This document shows positions 1-13,800 of a stretch of 64,000 bases of DNA, in pieces. Each line of letters opens with the position of its first letter. The stretch's first letter is position 1. A program made the position numbers and the translations under genes. Origin of the DNA: Takakia lepidozioides. Its lineage: Eukaryota > Plantae > Bryophyta. The notes beneath the pieces were generated by a model. The model was not told the origin of the DNA. It made no database searches and worked only from the letters and a program-made list of their open reading frames with translations. The stretch spans positions 65,844,001 through 65,908,000 of the forward strand of contig CM060732.1 of the NCBI GenBank assembly GCA_030704615.1, read 5' to 3'.

Positions 1-348
1 AGTTGTTTTGAAGGAGGGTGGAGCGTTCGCAATACATTTCCTAAATGACAAACTTTCAATAAATAAAGGCTCTGCTGATAAATGGTGTCTGAAGAAAGAC
101 CTTCCTGGCGAGGTGAGATCAGTTTCCTACGATATTGATATTGATCATCATTTATACAATTTTATCGCTGCATTGTTGTGGATGTCCATAACAAATTAAT
201 GGAGAGCATTGACTTATTAGGTGAGCTACGCGCTTCGATATCCATACCACAAAAGTTTGCCTCTTATTGATATCAAAAGCTACATCAATAAATATGGAGT
301 TGACGATGCTTGGATTGGCAAAACGTTGTACAGGTATGTTTGTACTCT

Positions 349-383
<35 letters not shown>

Positions 384-1962
384 TGGGTGTATCTTGTATT
401 GTATTGTATTGTGTACATGTTTTCTTCTTGTACGCGTTTACTGTCATTATATAAAGCTTAAATAATCATCCATTGGCTATAATGACGTGTTGTTATGGTC
501 AAATATCTCAGATTACCATTGGTGAACAACCGGATGTATCTTGACCTCGCCAAAGCGGAATACAATGCGCATCAATCAATTTTTCGAGCTGAGATTGATA
601 TAATACTAAGGTAATATTTTCCTCCATCAATTATTTATTTGTGCCTTGAAAAAAATTTCTCTCTTGCGATTTCATAAATGTCTTCTACTTCAAATACAGC
701 TGGTACAAAGCGACAGGAATGGCACAACTCTCATTTGTCCGCCACAGACCAATCGAAGTATTTTATTCCATTGCGGCAAATTTATATGAAGCAGAATTTT
801 CAGCAGTAAGGCTATACTGGACCAGATGTGCAATCTTGACATACGTTCTGGATGACTTATTCGACAATCATGCCAGTATCCCGGATCTGCAAATTTTTGT
901 AGATTCATTAATCAGGTTTGATCTCCATAATCTCTGCTAAAGACTTGTGTTTGCAAAGAACTTGACTTTTATAATTAAATACCTCTTTTGAATTATGGAC
1001 AAGAATGACGTGTAATTTGGGTTGTTCAATTATAGGTGGGATATAAATCTGGTGCAGCATGCTCTTCCCGATGAATTAAAAGTTTGTTTTATGGCTTTGT
1101 ACAACGAGACGAACAATGTTATCAAAATGGCTTCAAACTCTCCACACAAGGATGAGACCATTGTATATATTCGACAAGTGGTGAGTATAAACACTGACCT
1201 ACAACCAATCTTTTGATTTTATCTTACGTCTTAATTTCATGACCATTCACATAAGGTTCACTATTAACCATATATTTTGCAATTACAGTGGGAAAGACTT
1301 TTGAAAGCGTATCTTGTCGAAGCTGAGTGGATGTCACAAAATATAACATCAACCTCCAAGGAATACAAGAAAGTTGCTATTTTCTCAGCTGCCGTGGAAC
1401 CAACAGTGATGACTGCATCATTTGCCTCCGGAGTGTTGATGAACAACTCCATACTCTTTCAATTAGATATGCGCGGAAAAGCCATGCAATACATCTCATA
1501 TTCTGCACGTCTCCTCAATGACATCGCGACTTATGCGGTATGCAACAAATTCATAATAGTCTCAGTACAGTTATCATGCATGCTATTGTGTACATAAGGT
1601 TCAATATGTTTTTCCGATAGCCAATGGCACACTCATTTTATAAACAATTATCCAACTTGTCAAAATTGTTGCAGTATGAGCGACGAGTCGGCAAATGCAA
1701 TAGTATTTCATGCTACATGAATGAAAATTCTAATGCGACTGAGGAGATGGCGGTTGCGAATTTTCAAGCGGAGCTTGATCACTTGCGGGAGCAAATCAAT
1801 TCGGAGATGATGAAACTTACAGTTCCGGATGTTTGCAAGCGCATACTGTTCAGTATGTATCGTGCGTTTAATCATTTCTATGACTGTGGCACAGATGCAG
1901 TGACAGCCAATACAGAAATACAATATTTTGTTCGACAAACACTATTCGAGCCTATTGATTGA
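1..1962 (+). CDS. Diterpene synthase (CPS/KS-like), 3' portion; 5' end lies outside the window
   Basis: GT-AG exons 1-112, 221-333, 512-610, 700-915, 1036-1180, 1289-1537, 1675-1962 splice in frame. Motifs: DKWCLKKDLPGEV, DDAWIGKTLYR, class I DDxxD (YVLDDLFD), NSE/DTE (RLLNDIATYAYE), C-terminus LFEPID*. Confidence 0.92.
351..381. repeat. (AT)15 microsatellite in terpene synthase intron
   Basis: Direct reading. Confidence 0.97.
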
Positions 1963-3008
1963 TGTGCACTAGAATGACAAACCTTCATTAACCCAATGGT
2001 GTTTCTTTCAACTACAATATTTCAATTGCTATCCAAAGAGGGATGGATTAGTCCAAATGCACTGCTCAACTTCTTACCAAATGGAGACAAAGAGATATCA
2101 ATGGGAAAAGTAAGTAGAGGTAGGCCTACAAAAGTGGTCCACGCGGGTAATATGTCTTTAATCAAAATGTAGTTTTGATCAAGAATTTCCAGAAAATTGG
2201 GGGTTGTAATTAAATACACTTATGCAATGTGTCTTTTTCATAGTCCATACCTGGATAGTCAATAATTCATTAGAGGTCCACCTCAAAAAAATTTAATCGC
2301 TAGCTGGTTAAGGTTGGTACTAGATTGGACAACAAGTTTTTATCAATGGAATTCCCACTAAGATAGGAATGAAACTATTATTTTAATTTAATTTTATATG
2401 TTAGAAAAATCATTTTTTATTGAACAAAGAGGAGAAATAAAATCCCTCTAGTGCCCATAAGACGAGAAGCCATCTTAGCTTCAAATGAGGCCAATTGAAA
2501 AGCTATTTGGAGTAGTAAAAAGATACCAAAGAAATTGACGTCAGTTGGTCAACTAAAATCTGTCTTGGAGATACACGATACATCGCTTTAATTAATCTTC
2601 GTCATTTGTGTACAACTTTGGAAACATTGAAATAATGATGTAGTTGATCTAGTATAAATTGTTAAGGTAGAAATACATTGCTTGAAGGTTGTGAGGTTAA
2701 GAATATAGAACTGGCCAGTCAATGCAATGAGGTTGTTTATTAGTCCTCAGTAGGGTAGCCTGTGCCGTTGGCCCATGTGTGAAGAATTGAAATCTAAGCC
2801 CAAGTGCAATCTCTTATGTATGCAAGTGCTTCTCCCATGTAGATGCCCAAGTTCGACCTCTAGTGTCCAATGTCATCTAAGTCCAAGTGCAATCCCCTAT
2901 GCATCTAGAGACCCTGGCACAGTTTGGGAGATCACCACATCATTGTTCTAACAAAGTCCACTGCTATTTTTTCAATCTTCCCTGTCGAGGCTTCATAAAT
3001 TGATATAT

Positions 3009-3166
3009 CCACTTTGGTATTTTTTGCGAATTTCCAGCAACCAAAAGTACTTGAAATTCCAAATCTCCCACATGAAGGGCCAATCATTGCTCTAGGAAAG
3101 CCCACTTTGCTATTTTTCGCGAATTTCCAACGACCCAAAGCACTTGAGATTCCACATCTCCCATAC
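3009..3166. repeat. Diverged ~93-bp tandem duplication
   Basis: ccactttggtattttttgcgaatttccagcaacc... and ccactttgctatttttcgcgaatttccaacgacc... Confidence 0.75.
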
Positions 3167-3562
3167 CACGGGTCCAAAAATTATGAGACCAAGCCGGTGC
3201 AACCCTCCTCATTGAGGGCTTTCCAATGGCACCAAACACCTAGGCTGGGACCCCGCGGTTCGGGAGATCTCAACGATGCTACAAAACAAAACAAAACATC
3301 TCGCTTCATATACGTTCCAGGACACCACATTTCATCTAGCCATGTTGTTCCATTTGCATCCTACCGCATGATTGAAGCAAGTGGAGTACAGGGCCTTGGG
3401 TATGGAGTGCATCCGGCATGGTAAGGAGAACACGAGAAGATGCATGCTATCCCATCAGTGAGTGATCAGAAAGAGGCAGAAAGATATGTTGTTCTAGTAT
3501 GTACTTGCAACAAATATTACAAAATAGGTTCTTCTATACAAGGGAAACGATCATCTCTCATA

Positions 3563-3786
3563 AACCCTAAACTTGTTTAGCAACAAGATCTGGGATTAAG
3601 ATGTAAGAAAAGAGACAGAAAGATATGTTTAGGCGCCGCATCTACTTGCAACCCTGGGCCCAATGCAAAGAGATAATCATCTTCCCTAAATCCTAAACTT
3701 GCTTAGCAACCAGATCCGGGAAGATATGGTGAAAAGAGACAGAAAGATACGTTTAGGCGTATCTACTTGAAACCCTGGGCCCAATG
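3563..3786. repeat. Diverged ~125-bp tandem duplication
   Basis: cctaaacttg(t/c)ttagcaac...aaaagagacagaaagata(t/c)gtttaggcg...accctgggcccaatg occurs twice. Confidence 0.75.
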
Positions 3787-6174
3787 GAAGAAAGGATTGC
3801 AACATAGTAGGTTCATCTACACATGTCAAACAATCATCACTTTGCTCATATGTCTCTAAAGTCTCCAATATCCGCGCCTATGCTATGCATGTTCTTGGAT
3901 TTGGAAATTACCTCGATTTGTTTAGGCAAATTATCAAAATCGTAGGTCTGGTAGATCAAGGTCGTTGGTCTGTTTTCAACCTAGGTTGGTAGTTTGCAGC
4001 TTACTCTCATCCGTCTCATAAAGAGAAAGCTTCAACAGTATGTAGGACTTGGGCAATTTTGGTGCAAAACATACACAATATTAGATTGTTATATCGTTTA
4101 GAATCTGACGATTATGAGAATTATCCAGTGCGTGATTTAACTTTTGGAGTTGTGCGATGCTTGTTCCACCTCGTCCACTTAATCGCCTTTCATCCATTTA
4201 TATATTCATCCCTTCAAACATTCAAACACTCTTACAATCAACTATTTGACACATGTTTATATCTCACACACCATAGGTTGTCACGTGTATTCATGTGCTT
4301 ATTTTAATATGTTTAATAGTCATTGAGTCATAAATAAAAGAACACGTCATCCTACTGTAGTCTTAGTTATGACTATTAGTCATATCAATCCACGTAGTAA
4401 TAAGTCAACGAACTTTGATCGCACATCCATAGTCCATTGCGGAGTCATGTAGTCATTAATCCATTTGGCGCACCTTGGAAATAAGGGCATCGTGGGCATA
4501 TACAACTCCGTGTCATTTTTATCATCAGATATACGAATGACTGTAAAAAAAATATGCAGTATGAAAAACCGCCATTTGTTGTAATGAGGGTAGTATTGGT
4601 GGCGGGGCATGCACCCGGATGTGCAATAGTTAGTGACAATGTGCATGGTGTGTGATAGGATGTGCGTTTCCTTTAATGCACCTACTTCACAATTGCATCT
4701 TTTACCCATTATCGATGTATGTTGTGGCACGATGCTTAGGTGCACAACAGCTGTCATGGTTTTAGTCATGGTTAACTAGAAATGATTTATTTCTAGTTAA
4801 TTAGGACAATATACATGTATATTTATATTTAGTTGGCATTGGGACTTCACTTGGTTCCATGTGCCAAGTGAGGTGACAAATCACACTTCCAATGTGGAGA
4901 GGGTTATCTCCACGTGAGGCTCATGAAGGCTCGTCTTCTTGTAGTGGAGCCTCTCGAGGCCTCTCTCACTGCCACAGTTCTAATTCTTGAGATGGAGTGT
5001 GGTGGATTCCTTTAACAAATGTTCCATTAGCTCCACTTATATGAAATGATACAGTGGATTCATATATTTTCACATCTTGTATCATTATGATATAGCTTTC
5101 TATGATTGTGTGCTAGGAAGTACGGTTGGACAACGATGTATTTTGTGGCACAATGTTTAGGTGCACAACAGATTAAAAACAAAGTCAAGCAAATTTAACC
5201 TTACTAGATGGAACAGATTCCACTATAGAATTTAAAACATTTTAAGGAAAAACTTGATACCTACAAATTGGGCCTCGGACAAACCCTTAGTTAGGATAAT
5301 CTTACAAGAGGACATGTGGTGTCCCTCCTATACTACCTAAATTATAAGCTAAGATGGAAATTTAGACAATTCATAGAAAAAACCATATATGTGTTTAGTT
5401 AATTTACTTGCAGTGTGAGATTAGCTAGAAAGTCTAGTTTTTGTATTTCAATGAGTGAAATTATAAGATCAAGTATTAAGTGAGATATTAAGATAAACTT
5501 CACACCTCTAGATGTTTATCTCATGCTTGTGGTCATGATTTGAGCCTCCGCGACTTAGCTCTTTTTCATGTGTGTGAGTGTTTTTATAAAGGAAAAATAG
5601 GTTGTTGTGGGATGGAGTTCTAACAGCTTGGGACGTAACAAAAGAGCCACTTCACCTTGTGGCTACTGCCCCATTTCGGGGGTGGGCTTTGTAACAAATA
5701 GAAGTAGGACCGGTTGTTTTAGATGGGTTGGTTGTTTTCAAGTTTTCGTTTGGTAATTATAGCAGTGAGAGAACGGATAGCAGTTAGCTGAATATCTTTG
5801 AAGCATTTGGAGATGTTTTTATAGAAAAGTTTAAAATTTGAATTTCGAGAGTTGATGTTTTTTGTGTGGATGCCACCTCGGACACCGACCGTGATGACTC
5901 TAAATGGGCCTACTACCTAGGTTCGTTGTCGGAGGGTATGACTGGATTATATGTTTTATGTTTTGATAGTATGGCTTGTGACGGGTAACAATCATGACAG
6001 AATGTGAATTCAATGAGGTGGATAGTGAGAGCTTGGGTGGGAGGAAGTGGTATGGGCAAGCCGTGTGTTAGAAAAATATCTGGACAGAGACGTGCGGGAT
6101 AAAGCAGGGGGGTGTTGGACATAAGCATGGGAGAAGCCATGGTGAGATGGTGTGGAGGTCGACCTTGGTATGTG

Positions 6175-6660
6175 CAAGTGTTGGGCGGTTATTTATATAT
6201 TTTTTGTTAACAGACGGTTGCGGTTACATTGGAACTCAATATTGAAAGAACCTTACAGGCCGGTTACTTCAATTTATTGACTTTCTAATAACCTGCCAGT
6301 TGCAGTTAAGAGTGACATGTTTTTTTGGCCAGGTAATCCAGTTATCATTTTCGCTATAACTGAGGGTTATACAGCCGGTTATGTATATATATTTATTTAT
6401 TTATAAAAAAATGGAATTATAGCTGAAACTTTTGTCAATCGTAAATATTTTTTCAAGCCTGCATTAGTACAATAGAGCTGGGCCTGCAGATTAAAATAAA
6501 TATATAAAAGATGGTTTGTCCTTATAAATGCTAGCACATACCAATGTTGGGCGGTTATTTATTCTTGTCTCCAATAACAGTTGGTTATCTATCCGGTTAT
6601 ATATATATATAACCGTAGGAGATGAAAATTTGAAATAACCGGTCCCGTTAGGAACCGGCA
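6175..6660. mobile_element. Degenerate hAT/MITE-like remnant with CGGTTA/TAACCG-rich subterminal motifs
   Basis: tgttgggcggttatttat at ~6178 and ~6545; many cggtta/taaccg motifs; no TSD or matching inverted end found. Confidence 0.4.
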
Positions 6661-7616
6661 AAGTGTAGGATACAAGTAATGAGTAATTTGTGGAAGTGCC
6701 AAACTGCTTGGTTATGTCTAGTGATGCGTAGTCCATGGATGATTGGGTGTGTGCACTTGTTTAGTAGATATGGCCATGTGTCCTTGGCAGGGGGAATGAC
6801 AGAGAGGTCAGTAGGGTGAGGGATAGAGGGTGGGCCAAAATATAGGTTTGCGTTGGTTACCCATATATTGGGCATATTGGAAGTGTAGAATTTGTTTGAT
6901 TTGGGCGTCTTGGCTGTGTTAGTGGTCCAGAAATAATTTGAGAGGTTGTGGTCGAGGACCTTGGAAAGCATCTATTTTTGGATGTGGGTTTTGGTGTGTG
7001 CCAAAGATTTGACAGCTTGTAGTTGTGCTTCTTTGTTAAGGTATAGATATTGACCAACTGCCATGAAATATTTAAGACTAATGATAGCCTCAACATTATA
7101 AAGGATGAATAAGGAGACATAGGAGACATATGGGAGCATGGCCATCACATGCACTTGTGTGTTTCCCTCTATAAAAAGAAGACAGAACAGCCCATACAAG
7201 CAAAATGCATAGTGGTAATCATATTCATGATAATTGATTTACAAACGTCATAGAAAAGAACTATTTATTCATTTCATCAAGCCTCTGGACCGATGGTAGT
7301 TCTTAAACGCCCTCGAGCTGATGATTGCGGCTACCAGATGTTAGGTTTGATCAAATGAATGAACAATGCTTGATTTATCACACTTAGACATGAACTTGAT
7401 GATACAAAGCGACCGCCCTTGTTGTCATAGTATATGTTGACCCAGGGATGTTGGCGTATCATAGCTTATCTTAATATATACAGGGCAAGTTTTGATCTGG
7501 GCACCCTTATTTATGCAAGGCAAGTTTTCTAGACCCTTTGGTGTGAGGGACGACCCAATAACTCAATGCATATGGACATGTGACCTATCAAACCTGTGGA
7601 ACATCACATAAAACAT

Positions 7617-7744
7617 TGCAAACATTAGGGATGATTGGAAGAAATGGGACCGCATCAGAGACACCCCCTCTCCTCTAAATGCAAACATTATGGATGGGTG
7701 GAAGAAATGTGGACCTCATCACAGAGACCCCGTCCCCTCTAAAT
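7617..7744. repeat. ~63-bp tandem duplication
   Basis: gcaaacatta...ggaagaaatg...cctctaaat twice. Confidence 0.7.
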
Positions 7745-7789
7745 TGATGTGACATGTGCAAACCTTGTCCAAATATAAATATTTTACAT

Positions 7790-10660
7790 TCATATTAAAA
7801 TGATGTAAACCTGTACAACTTTATTTACAGGAAACATGAGGTATTTGAACATATGATAGAAAAACCAAAACCTGGGAAAGAACAAGGAAGGGAGGAAAGG
7901 GAAGCAAGCTAAACTCAACTATTCAAACTTATCAGTCATCCCAACCTACTGCCTGAAGTAGGTCAGAGGGCAACATGGGTGTAACGTCTGGGAGAGTTGG
8001 GAGGTGGGATGAAACCGATCCAGCTACGTCCGCCCGATGTAAAATGACCATTGCTTGAGATCTTCGTAATGCAACGGCCACTTTTTGTCTGTAAAAGGCC
8101 ACAAGAACAGACGCATAAGGAATGCCCGTGGCCTTGTTTTGGGCTGCTTGATGGGCGCATGAACGGAGTAGGTCGTCAAACTAGCGATGGAGATAGTTGA
8201 ATACCTCTACAGCCAAGAGGATGAAAGTGTCGGTAGGATGTTTGTCCCGATAGTCGCATTCCTTGACTTGAGCAACAACCATTGAAGCCGCGGAAGCCCT
8301 GGGAGGATGCCGAACGTGAAAGTAGGTCGGATCGGGTAGGGTCGGCAATGACAACGTCGGCTAGGGTGCGAAGACCATCTTTAGAGAGGATGATGTCGAC
8401 GTGTCATCGTGTGGACTGAAAAGTGTGAGAAGGGATGACATAAGATTGCTCTCATAGGACATGAAAACCAGCCTCTCACGTAATCGATGCGACAACGTCT
8501 CGGACAACGTCATGGGTGGTGGTGCGATCTTCCTCACATTGACATTGAAAGAGGTGGATAACAAGTGCGTTGATAGGCTGGTGACAAACACAATGTCGAA
8601 GACCTAACACAGAGGGATGCGGTAGCCCAAATTGCAAACGAAGAGCTGTAGCAAAGATGGGTGATGACAAACGAAAGGGGGTGATGGTGGGTTGAACTGT
8701 CAGCCATGCACCTGCACCTGGCCTTGCATAAGATAGAAGCCTGGCACAATGCACATAAGAGGAAAAGCTACTGGAAAGCATGCCGAAGAAGGAGTGTCGG
8801 TGCACGCGGTCCATGAGAGTCTCCTGTAGGTGATCGATGCCTTGGGAGCAAGCAACTGCTCGAAGGGAGGAAGATGCGCTCTTGCTGTGCCGGAAGAAGA
8901 TCTCGTGCAGAACAAAAATGTTGTTGGAAAGGGAAGATGCCAATGTTGACGTGAGCAATGGGGTCCATGAGCAGGGGTCGTTGACTGCACAGAAAGCGGG
9001 GTGCAAGAGCAGGGGCAATTAATGCCCAACTACCCAAGAACGCATAGGGGGAAGTGCTGACTTTGGAGAGCAAGCCTACACCTCCAAAGGAGATTGGAAG
9101 AACAACTTGTTGGCGAGCTAAAGCACCCTCGGATCCATCCAAATCCCCCGGTCCCAGAAGACGACCAAAGATATTCATGATGGTAGTATCAAACCTTGAC
9201 AATAATCACAAAAACTCAGGGGTAGGGGGAACGGTGACTGTAGAAAAGGAGGGCGGCAGAAGCATAGAACAGTCTGACAAAAGGGATGATTTGGTGAAAA
9301 TCTCCTCCAGCTGAGCGAAATTATTGGAAGATGACGTTGCGGGAGACGGAGCTAAAAGCGTTTGCTACATCGACTTGAAACACAACCGAGTCCGGCTGAA
9401 GGTCGAGAATAGCCCGAATCCCATGTACCACAGCCTCACAACCGCCTGGAGCACCAAACTGATGTGGGAAGAGGTGGGTAGAGAATGCATCACGGTACTG
9501 CATGACAAGGGAACGGCTGACGAGATGATACAAAACTTCCCCGATGGCAATGGGACGGATGCCATTTCCGGAGTGTTTGGTCATGGCTAGTAGTCGGGAG
9601 GCTCCGAGAATATGTGCCACTGCAGAGGGGATGCGGTGATGAAGGAACAGACTTGAAAGAGTTGGGAGAAGTCACTTAGCAGAGTCTTGTAGAGAAAAGC
9701 AGTCGCGCAAATGTTCGTATAACATACCAGATGGTCCTGGTGCAGAAAGATGTGGACTGCGGATGAAGGCCCTGGTGAACAGAGAGAGATCCAGTTGAAG
9801 GTCCTGATGCGGCTCGAAGTCATCGACAAAAGCTGGAAGGATGTTGTCTGCCTCAAGATGGAGAGCCTGTAGAGCGGCAATAGTGTCCATAGAAGGTGGG
9901 GCGGGGGCAAAGGTGACAGAGCGCGAGCTGCACGGGAATACTCGCCTACCAGTCCCAAGATGAGGCGGTGCCGAAGCCGCATGTGAGCAGAAGAGCCTGG
10001 TTGTGAGGAAGTGTCAGTAGGAGCACGTGCTGTCAGGGCTTGTGCTCGGAGATAATGCTCTTCTTGAAGATTCTCCCAGTCTCCCGCGAGAAAGCGTTGG
10101 AGCCGGATGCCAGTCTCTCTATGACCATCCTTGCCACCATGTGGTGCCAAAACCCAACACCACTGGGCAGACAACAGAAGAAGATACCACGCCTGATCCT
10201 CGGCCAGTTTGTCTAGAGGCATGCGAAAGCAATTTTGGACCTCTTGACAAAGGGTCACCGGGATGCGTTTGTAGAGCGGGGGCGGGGTACTCCCAAATGA
10301 AAAGCTCCAAGGACATCCAATGAGGAGAGCCACGCCCATGCAGTGGGTGGAGGGGGAGCTTGCAAAACACCGATGGGAGTCGGCACAAAAGAACCTTCAT
10401 GGTTAGCTTGCCGAAAGGCCGTGCAAGTGCGTTGGTGGAGAGCCAAACCTCTGATTCAGGCGAATATGCGACCGCAAGCCGAGCAATGAAGTACGAACAA
10501 CTGGTGATTGTGGAAATGGTGGAACCGTTTGGAGGGGGTGGAGCTGCTGGAGGGGACGTCAAAATGGAAGGTACAAGGGCAAAAGAGAGCTTTGCAAGGA
10601 ACTTTGAATGGATGAAATGTGTTAAAAACTTCATCCAACAGGGATGGAAACATCCTTAAG
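7790..10660 (-). mobile_element. Decayed non-LTR retrotransposon with RT and restriction-like endonuclease (CRE-like); boundaries approximate
   Basis: RT motifs IRPIAIGE, HQFGAPGGCEAVVHG, QVDVANAFSSVSR; LPISFGGVGL; ARPGAGAWLTVQP, RLQFGLPHP, C-x-C..H..C zinc knuckle followed by HDVVRD; REL-like DIILSKDGLRTLADVVIADP. Frameshifted, and the central RT (YxDD) is missing. AATAAA near the 3' end (~7820). Confidence 0.85.
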
Positions 10661-10882
10661 TGTCAACTCATCCTAGTGTCCTTAAGTGACCTTTGAAGCA
10701 CAAAATTTCAAGATAAAGCTCAACAGCAGCATTGAGATCCAGGACCAGTCAGGGCCTCATTTGGGTCTTCTTTATAAAGGTGTACACAGTGTTTCATGGA
10801 TATTCCTCATAAAACTTTACAGAGATTCATGTGAAGATGTTGGACTTGACTTGGAAATTGCATTTCTGTGAGAAACAAGGGA

Positions 10883-13800
10883 ATGCTTGGTTGTCTGCAA
10901 TCTCCCACAGGCACAGGGATGGCAGCGCGCTGTGCCGCGCAGGGAGAAGCCATACCCAAGGCCGTTTGTTCTCCCTGGGGTACAGGGGCAGGAAGTCTTA
11001 CCTCATGGAGCAGATTAGCTGGCCTGGCTGTGGAGGTGAAATGGGTACCCAGCGTAGGAAAGACGGCCCTCGGATCCTTGCGCTTGAAGTCTATGATAGC
11101 TCGTCAATCTTCAGGAATACAGGAGGAAGGTATAGACATTTATATCTTACTCATTCTCTTGGGTTTCTAAACTTCCTTCAATGACTGCTGATTTATCTGA
11201 AAGGTACGGGAATTCATCTTCTTCCTTTCCTTGAATGAGAGAGGTAGGTGCTTATGTACATTGCGGCCATATCTCTTGCGGAATGATAGACGTTGAAATT
11301 CAAGAAATTTTATTGTGCTCTAGCCTCCAGTGCACGTGCGATTGTGATGGCATTGCCAGTCACCGGTGCTTGAGAGGGAGGGAGAATTTTTTTGGTGGCA
11401 AGCCACCTCTAGTTCTCAAGACTCAAGGCTCAAAGACAATTAATGGCTGCTAAAGATCTATATGTACAATGTGTTTGCATGCAGGCCAGACAATGAGCAG
11501 TGATCGGCTCTGGCAGGAGTTCTTCTCAGATCCTTCGCAGTGGTGGGACAACAGGTTTGATAAGGTGAGGGTGCCTTCACATGAAAAAGTTTGTGAGCGA
11601 GAGCTTGTGATTGAGGTTGCTTGCATTAATGTCAATTTTTCTGTTTGTCTTGGAAGAGTTGCAAAACGCTGGTTCATTGGTATTGATATCAGAAGGTGGT
11701 TCTTCCTTATTAGCTAGGCATCAAAGTAGGACATACTATGCTTTTCCCCTGTTGTTTGAGAGATGCTTGAAGATTAACTGTTTGTAGGCTAGTGTAGCAT
11801 GTTTGTGTTTAAAGTTACAGCTGCTCAGCTTGGTTTTCACAGAAAAATCCAAACTCACCAGACTTCAGACATAAGCACACGAAGGAGGGCCTTTGGGTTG
11901 AGGGTTGGTCAAACCCATCTTGGGTGAAAGCAGAGCTAGCTGCCATGATACAAGGTCAAGCACAATGTCATGATGTCAGAACACTATGCATGGCAGGTCA
12001 ACTGAAACAGGCCCTGCACATTTTGAACCAACAAGTCATTTCAGCAGATTCTGACACTTACGTTTGTCTCCTGCGGGAGTGCACCAACATGCAATGCCTA
12101 GCAGAGGGAAAGCAGGTGCATGCCCACATTATCAGAAGTGGATTGAAGCCCAATGTCTTTCTACTCAACACCCTTGTAAACATGTATGCCAAATGCGGGA
12201 GTGTGGTGGATGCACGCCAAGTGTTTGACAAAATACCTGAACGAAATATGTTCGCATGGAATATAATGATAGCAGGATATGCCAAGCATGGGTGTGATGG
12301 GGAGGCCTTTGAGATCTATGAGCAAATGAAACGGGAAGGGGTGGCACCCAACAGGGTCACAATCACTTGCGTTCTCAAGGCATGTGCCAGTCTGGCAGCC
12401 CTGGAGAAGGGCACGGAGGTCCACGTGGACATTCTCAAAGCTGGAATTGAGCCAGATCTCATTCTCAACAACACTCTCATTGGCATGTATGCCAAATGTG
12501 GGAGCACAAAGGATGCACGCCAAGTGTTTGACAATATGACTGAGCGAGATGTGGTGTCTTGGAATTCCATGGTTGGAGGATATGCCCAGCATGGATGTGG
12601 TAGGGAGGCTTTTGAGGTATATCATCAAATGATATGGGATGGGGTGACACCTAACAGGGTCACATTCATTTGCATTCTCAAGGCCTGTGCCAGCCTGGCA
12701 GACCTGGAAAAGGGCAAAGAGGTTCATGCAATTATCATCAAATCTGGTGTTGAACCAGATACCATTCTTCATAATACCCTGATTGACATGTATGCCAAAT
12801 GCGGGAGCACAAGGGATGCGCGTCAAGTGTTTGACAATATGGCCAGGCGAGATGTGGTGTCATGGAACACGATGATCGCAGCATATGCTCAGCATGGGTA
12901 TGGTATGGAGGCTTTTGAGATCTATGAGCAAATGATACAGGAAAGGGTGACACCAGACAAAGTCACGTTGGTTGCTGTTCTGAAGGCGTGTGCCAGCACC
13001 AGAGCCATTTTCCAGGGCAAAGAGGTCCATGATGATATCATTGCAGCGGCAGTTGGGATAGATATGATTCTGGAGACTGCCCTTGTCAACATGTATGCCA
13101 AATGTGGGGACATGCAGGATGCACGTCAAGTGTTTGACAATATGGCTAAAAGAGATTTGGTCTCATGGAGTGCAATGATTGCAGGATATGCTCAGAATCG
13201 GTGTGATAGGGATGCTTTAAAGATGTATGAGCAAATGATACAGGAAGGGGTGACACCCAACAAGGTCACGTTCGTTTGCATTCTCAATGCTTGTGCTGGC
13301 CTAGGAGACCTGGAAAAGGCGAAAGAGGTTCATGCTGATGTCATGAAAGCTGGGATTGCATCATACATGAATTTGGAGAATAGCCTTGTTGACATGTATG
13401 CGAAGTGTGGGAGCATTAAGGATGCACGGGAAGTGTTTGACAGCATGGCTGAACGAGATGTGGTCTCATGGAGTGCAATGATTGGAGGATATGTTCAACA
13501 TGGTCGTGGTAGGGAGGCTTTCGACATGTATGAGCAAATGATAGGGGATGGAGTGAAACCTGACAAGGTCACATTCACTTATGTCCTCAATGCTTGTGCC
13601 AGCCTGACCGACCTGGAAATGGGCAAAGCGGTCCATGCGGAGATCGTCAAAGCTGATATTGTACAAGACATCAATTTTGCTAACACCCTTGTGAACATGT
13701 ATGCCAAATGTGGGAGTGTACGAGATGCACGTGAAGCGTTTGACAAAATGGCTGAACGAGATGTGGTCTCATGGAGCACCATGATTGCAGGATATGCTCA

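Noticed and set aside
152-461. ORFs with YIYIYI runs
   Set aside because: Translation of the (AT)n microsatellite
4380-4769. 129-aa minus-strand ORF, possible TE protease remnant
   Set aside because: No supportable motif; degenerate AT-rich context
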